Below are positions 58,457 through 61,009 of a DNA stretch of 61,009 nucleotides, one piece after another. The stretch is taken from contig JAPPQA010000027.1 in assembly GCA_028817255.1 (NCBI GenBank), forward strand, positions 1 to 61,009, given 5' to 3'. The notes beneath the pieces were generated by a model that was not told where the DNA came from, ran no database searches, and saw only the letters and a list, made by a program, of their open reading frames with translations. This DNA is from Gammaproteobacteria bacterium. Lineage in GTDB: Bacteria > Pseudomonadota > Gammaproteobacteria > Porifericomitales > Porifericomitaceae. A program made the position numbers and the translations under genes. The first letter of the stretch is position 1. The number at the start of each line of letters is the position of its first letter.

Positions 58457-58792
58457 ATGGATAACCGAATTTCGCTCACTATCCGCGACAAGAACGCGCT
58501 GTATGCCTCTTATATGCCTTTCGTTAAGAATGGCGGCCTGTTTATCCCCACGAATAAGCAATATGAATTGCGGCAGGAAATCTTCATCCTGCTGACCCTG
58601 CAACTCCCGGAACTTCGGGAGACTTTGCCCATTGCAGGTCAAGTGGTCTGGATCTCCCCGGCGGGGCAGAGCGGACGCCGTCCAGGCATCGGCGTACAGT
58701 TCAGCGACCTCGACCGCGGCGCCACCAAGAACAAGATCGAGGGACAGCTGGCCGGCGCTCTGGAATCCGATCGACCCACCCAGACCATGTAA
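58457..58792 (+). CDS. pilZ: PilZ domain protein (type IV pilus assembly PilZ-like)
   Basis: The 111-aa product begins MDNRISLTIRDKNALYASYMPFVKNGGLFIPT and contains IGVQF. The holB-pilZ-tatD order is as in Pseudomonas and Xanthomonas. Confidence 0.8.
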   Translation: MDNRISLTIRDKNALYASYMPFVKNGGLFIPTNKQYELRQEIFILLTLQLPELRETLPIAGQVVWISPAGQSGRRPGIGVQFSDLDRGATKNKIEGQLAGALESDRPTQTM

Positions 58793-58888
58793 ACAGGAGG
58801 CGCCGCGGCTGCGGAGGGCTTTGCGCCTTCCGCGCTTCCCGCCCCGGGCACGCTCCATCGTCCTCACGGTTACCGCTCCGATTCCGTC

Positions 58889-59704
58889 ATGACACTGGCC
58901 GACTCGCACTGCCATCTGCCCTTGTTGCCGCAACCGGCATCGGAGGCGCTGTCTCGCGCCCGGAAAGCGGGGGTGGGGCACTTTCTTTGCGTCTCGGTGG
59001 CGTGGGATGACTACCCCGCAATCCTGCGCCTCTGCGAACACCACCCCGATGTCGCCGGCAGCGTTGGCGTCCATCCCAACGAGGAGGACGCCGGCGAACT
59101 CTCCAGCGAACTGCTGGCCGAGCGGGCGACCGCCCCGGGGATTGCGGCTATAGGCGAAACCGGCCTGGACTATTATCGCGGCGACGGGAGCCGGGAGCGG
59201 CAACAGGAGCGCTTCCGGCAGCATATTCGCGCCGCCCGCCTGGCTCGCCGTCCGCTCATCATCCATTGCCGGGAGGCCTGGGAAGATACCTTGTCAATCC
59301 TGAGCCGGGAGGGGGCAGAAGAGACCGGCGGCGTGATGCACTGCTTCACGGGGGGCTGGGAAGAGGCGCGGCGCTCCATGCAACTGAACTTCGCTATTTC
59401 TTTCTCCGGCATCCTCACCTTCAAGAATGCCGGCCCGTTGCGCGAAGTGGCGCGCCGCATCCCCGACGAGCGGCTTCTGCTCGAGACCGACGCTCCTTAC
59501 CTGGCTCCCGTGCCACATCGCGGCAAGGCCAACGAACCGGCCTTGCTGCCGCACACGGCCGAGTGTCTGGCGCAGCTTCGGGGCGAGTCACCGGAAGAGT
59601 TGGCCCATAAGACCACGACCAACTACCTGGCTCTGTTTTCGCCGGGCGGCGCCGGGATGCAGGAAGAGCGCCCCGGCCGTTCCCGGTTGCCGCGCGCGCA
59701 ATAG
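58889..59704 (+). CDS. tatD: TatD-family metal-dependent hydrolase (YcfH type)
   Basis: The N-terminal motif DSHCHL is present. The internal blocks are GETGLDYY, IHCREA and ETDAPYL. Confidence 0.88.
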   Translation: MTLADSHCHLPLLPQPASEALSRARKAGVGHFLCVSVAWDDYPAILRLCEHHPDVAGSVGVHPNEEDAGELSSELLAERATAPGIAAIGETGLDYYRGDGSRERQQERFRQHIRAARLARRPLIIHCREAWEDTLSILSREGAEETGGVMHCFTGGWEEARRSMQLNFAISFSGILTFKNAGPLREVARRIPDERLLLETDAPYLAPVPHRGKANEPALLPHTAECLAQLRGESPEELAHKTTTNYLALFSPGGAGMQEERPGRSRLPRAQ

Positions 59705-59797
59705 CGCCAGTTGCGTAGCGCCGCTTTCTACCGTTCTCTAGACCTCTCTCTGGGCCGTTCTCTGGCCTTCTTCACGCGGCAATCCAAGGCCAGGGAA

Positions 59798-60967
59798 CTA
59801 CAGCAGGGCCTCCAAATGCCGCAATGCGGCTGCCAGTTGCTCTTCCCCCTGGTAGCAATGCGGAGAGAAACGCAGTCCGCCATGGCGAGAGGCGCAGAAG
59901 ACGCCCCGGCGACGCAGATCGGCGCACAATCGCTCCGGGGTGGCGCCCCGGGCGCGAAAGCTTACGATCCCTGCGCGACGTAGTTCGCCTACCGGTTCAA
60001 GGAGGCTCAGCTCATCATTTTCTTTAATATAATTAAAAAGATATAAAGTATTCCTATGAATTTGATTTGATACGGCCTCCAGCCCGATCTCCAGCAATAG
60101 AGACAGACTGGCCGACAGGGCATGGATCCCCAGCATATTCGGACTGCCGCATTCGAAGCGCCGGGCATCGTCGGCAGGGCGCCAGTCGCGGCGTTCGAAA
60201 TCGCCGGCGTCCTGCACCATACGCCAGCCGTATTCGCTCAGGGCCAATTCTTCCCGGCGTTCGGCCGCGCAATAAAACAGCGCCACGCCTTCCGGCCCCA
60301 GCATCCACTTATGGCCGTCGGCGGCCACGTAGTCGGCACCGATTTCCTGCACGTCGAAGGGCAGGGCGCCGAGGTGTTGGATGGCATCCACACAGAACCG
60401 GATGCCGCGCTCGCGGCAGGCATCCCCCAGAATCTTCAGGTTCAGCCGCCGCCCATTGCCGTATTGTACCGAGCTCACAGTCATGAGCCGGGTGCGTTCG
60501 TCACAGGCTGCCAGCAATGCCAGTTCTTCGGAGGAAGCGCCGCATTGCGGCCAGTCCACCTGCCGCAATTCGACCCCGCGCCCTTGCAATGCCTCCCAGG
60601 GGATACGGTTGGAAGGAAACTCGTCGGCGCAGGTGACGACATTGTCGCCGCGGCGCCAGGGAAGTCCGGCGGCCACGAAGGAAAGGGCCTCGGAGGTGTT
60701 TTTCAACAAGGCGATATCCGAGGCCGAGGGGGCATTGAGCAACTGCCGACACTGTTCGCGCAGCCGCCGTTCGCATTGCAGCCAGTCTTCGTAGGCCCAT
60801 CCCCCGTGGCGCACGTTTTCCTCGGCAAAGCGCTGCACCGCCTGGGCAGCACGGCGCGGCCAGGGGGCGATGCCGGCATGGTTAAGGTATAGCAGGCCGT
60901 TTTCCTGAGGAAATTCGGTGGCCAGCAGGGCCCTCGTTTCCGGCGGCATAGATGCCGTGGACGCCAT
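59798..60967 (-). CDS. class V aminotransferase-fold PLP-dependent enzyme (cysteine desulfurase/SufS-like or epimerase-like; specificity unknown)
   Basis: The product has LYLNHAGIAPWP at the N-terminus and the PLP-Lys context ADGHKWMLGPEG. An ATG lies at 60967, and a GTG at 61003 is also in frame. Confidence 0.78.
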   Translation of the reverse strand: MASTASMPPETRALLATEFPQENGLLYLNHAGIAPWPRRAAQAVQRFAEENVRHGGWAYEDWLQCERRLREQCRQLLNAPSASDIALLKNTSEALSFVAAGLPWRRGDNVVTCADEFPSNRIPWEALQGRGVELRQVDWPQCGASSEELALLAACDERTRLMTVSSVQYGNGRRLNLKILGDACRERGIRFCVDAIQHLGALPFDVQEIGADYVAADGHKWMLGPEGVALFYCAAERREELALSEYGWRMVQDAGDFERRDWRPADDARRFECGSPNMLGIHALSASLSLLLEIGLEAVSNQIHRNTLYLFNYIKENDELSLLEPVGELRRAGIVSFRARGATPERLCADLRRRGVFCASRHGGLRFSPHCYQGEEQLAAALRHLEALL

Positions 60968-61009
60968 GGCGCGTATTGTAGTCCCGCTCCGGTCGCCGTG
61001 CACGGACGC

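Overview
This is a GC-rich chromosomal window, roughly 60-65% GC by eye, densely packed with genes. By gene content and order it looks like a gammaproteobacterial methylotroph or methanotroph. That taxonomic call is an inference from synteny and the H4MPT C1 genes, not a database hit.

The first third holds C1 metabolism. It contains a pseudoazurin, a MoxJ/XoxJ-like periplasmic binding protein and a coupled unknown secreted protein. A tightly packed minus-strand string follows, fhcB-A-D-C (formyltransferase/hydrolase complex) and then fdsB-fdsA (NAD-linked formate dehydrogenase). Next comes an H4MPT cofactor and C1-transfer cluster: mptG, an ATP-grasp gene, mch, a RimK-like gene, a CitG-like gene, fae and a HisA/F-like gene.

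The rest is a run of conserved housekeeping blocks:
- nrdAB, with a promoter flanked by tandem NrdR boxes.
- queF.
- smc-zipA-ligA.
- rpoE-rseA-rseB-degP.
- lepA-lepB-DUF4845-rnc-era-recO-acpS.
- rne and rluC, divergently arranged.
- sppA and maf.
- rpmF-plsX-fabH-fabD-fabG-acpP-fabF-pabC-mltG-tmk-holB-pilZ-tatD.
- A class V aminotransferase.

I could not recognise any rRNA, tRNA, CRISPR array, transposase or integrase.

The features not explained by housekeeping function are:
1. A two-gene insertion, an uncharacterised ORC/Cdc6-like or STAND-like P-loop ATPase plus a GDPD-family phosphodiesterase, sits where yceD is expected between maf and rpmF.
2. An orphan SPPY-type, beta-class DNA methyltransferase is wedged between nrdB and an H4MPT-associated gene.
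3. A 425-nt low-GC gap upstream of sppA contains a near-palindrome and a 40-codon ORF that resembles a signal peptide.
4. Several sharply bounded AT-rich islands of about 60 nt occur, three of them inside coding regions and written in rare AT-ending codons.
5. Several small tandem repeats are present.

None of these can be proven to be a new system from sequence alone. All start codons are hand calls. Many rest on 4-nt start/stop overlaps.
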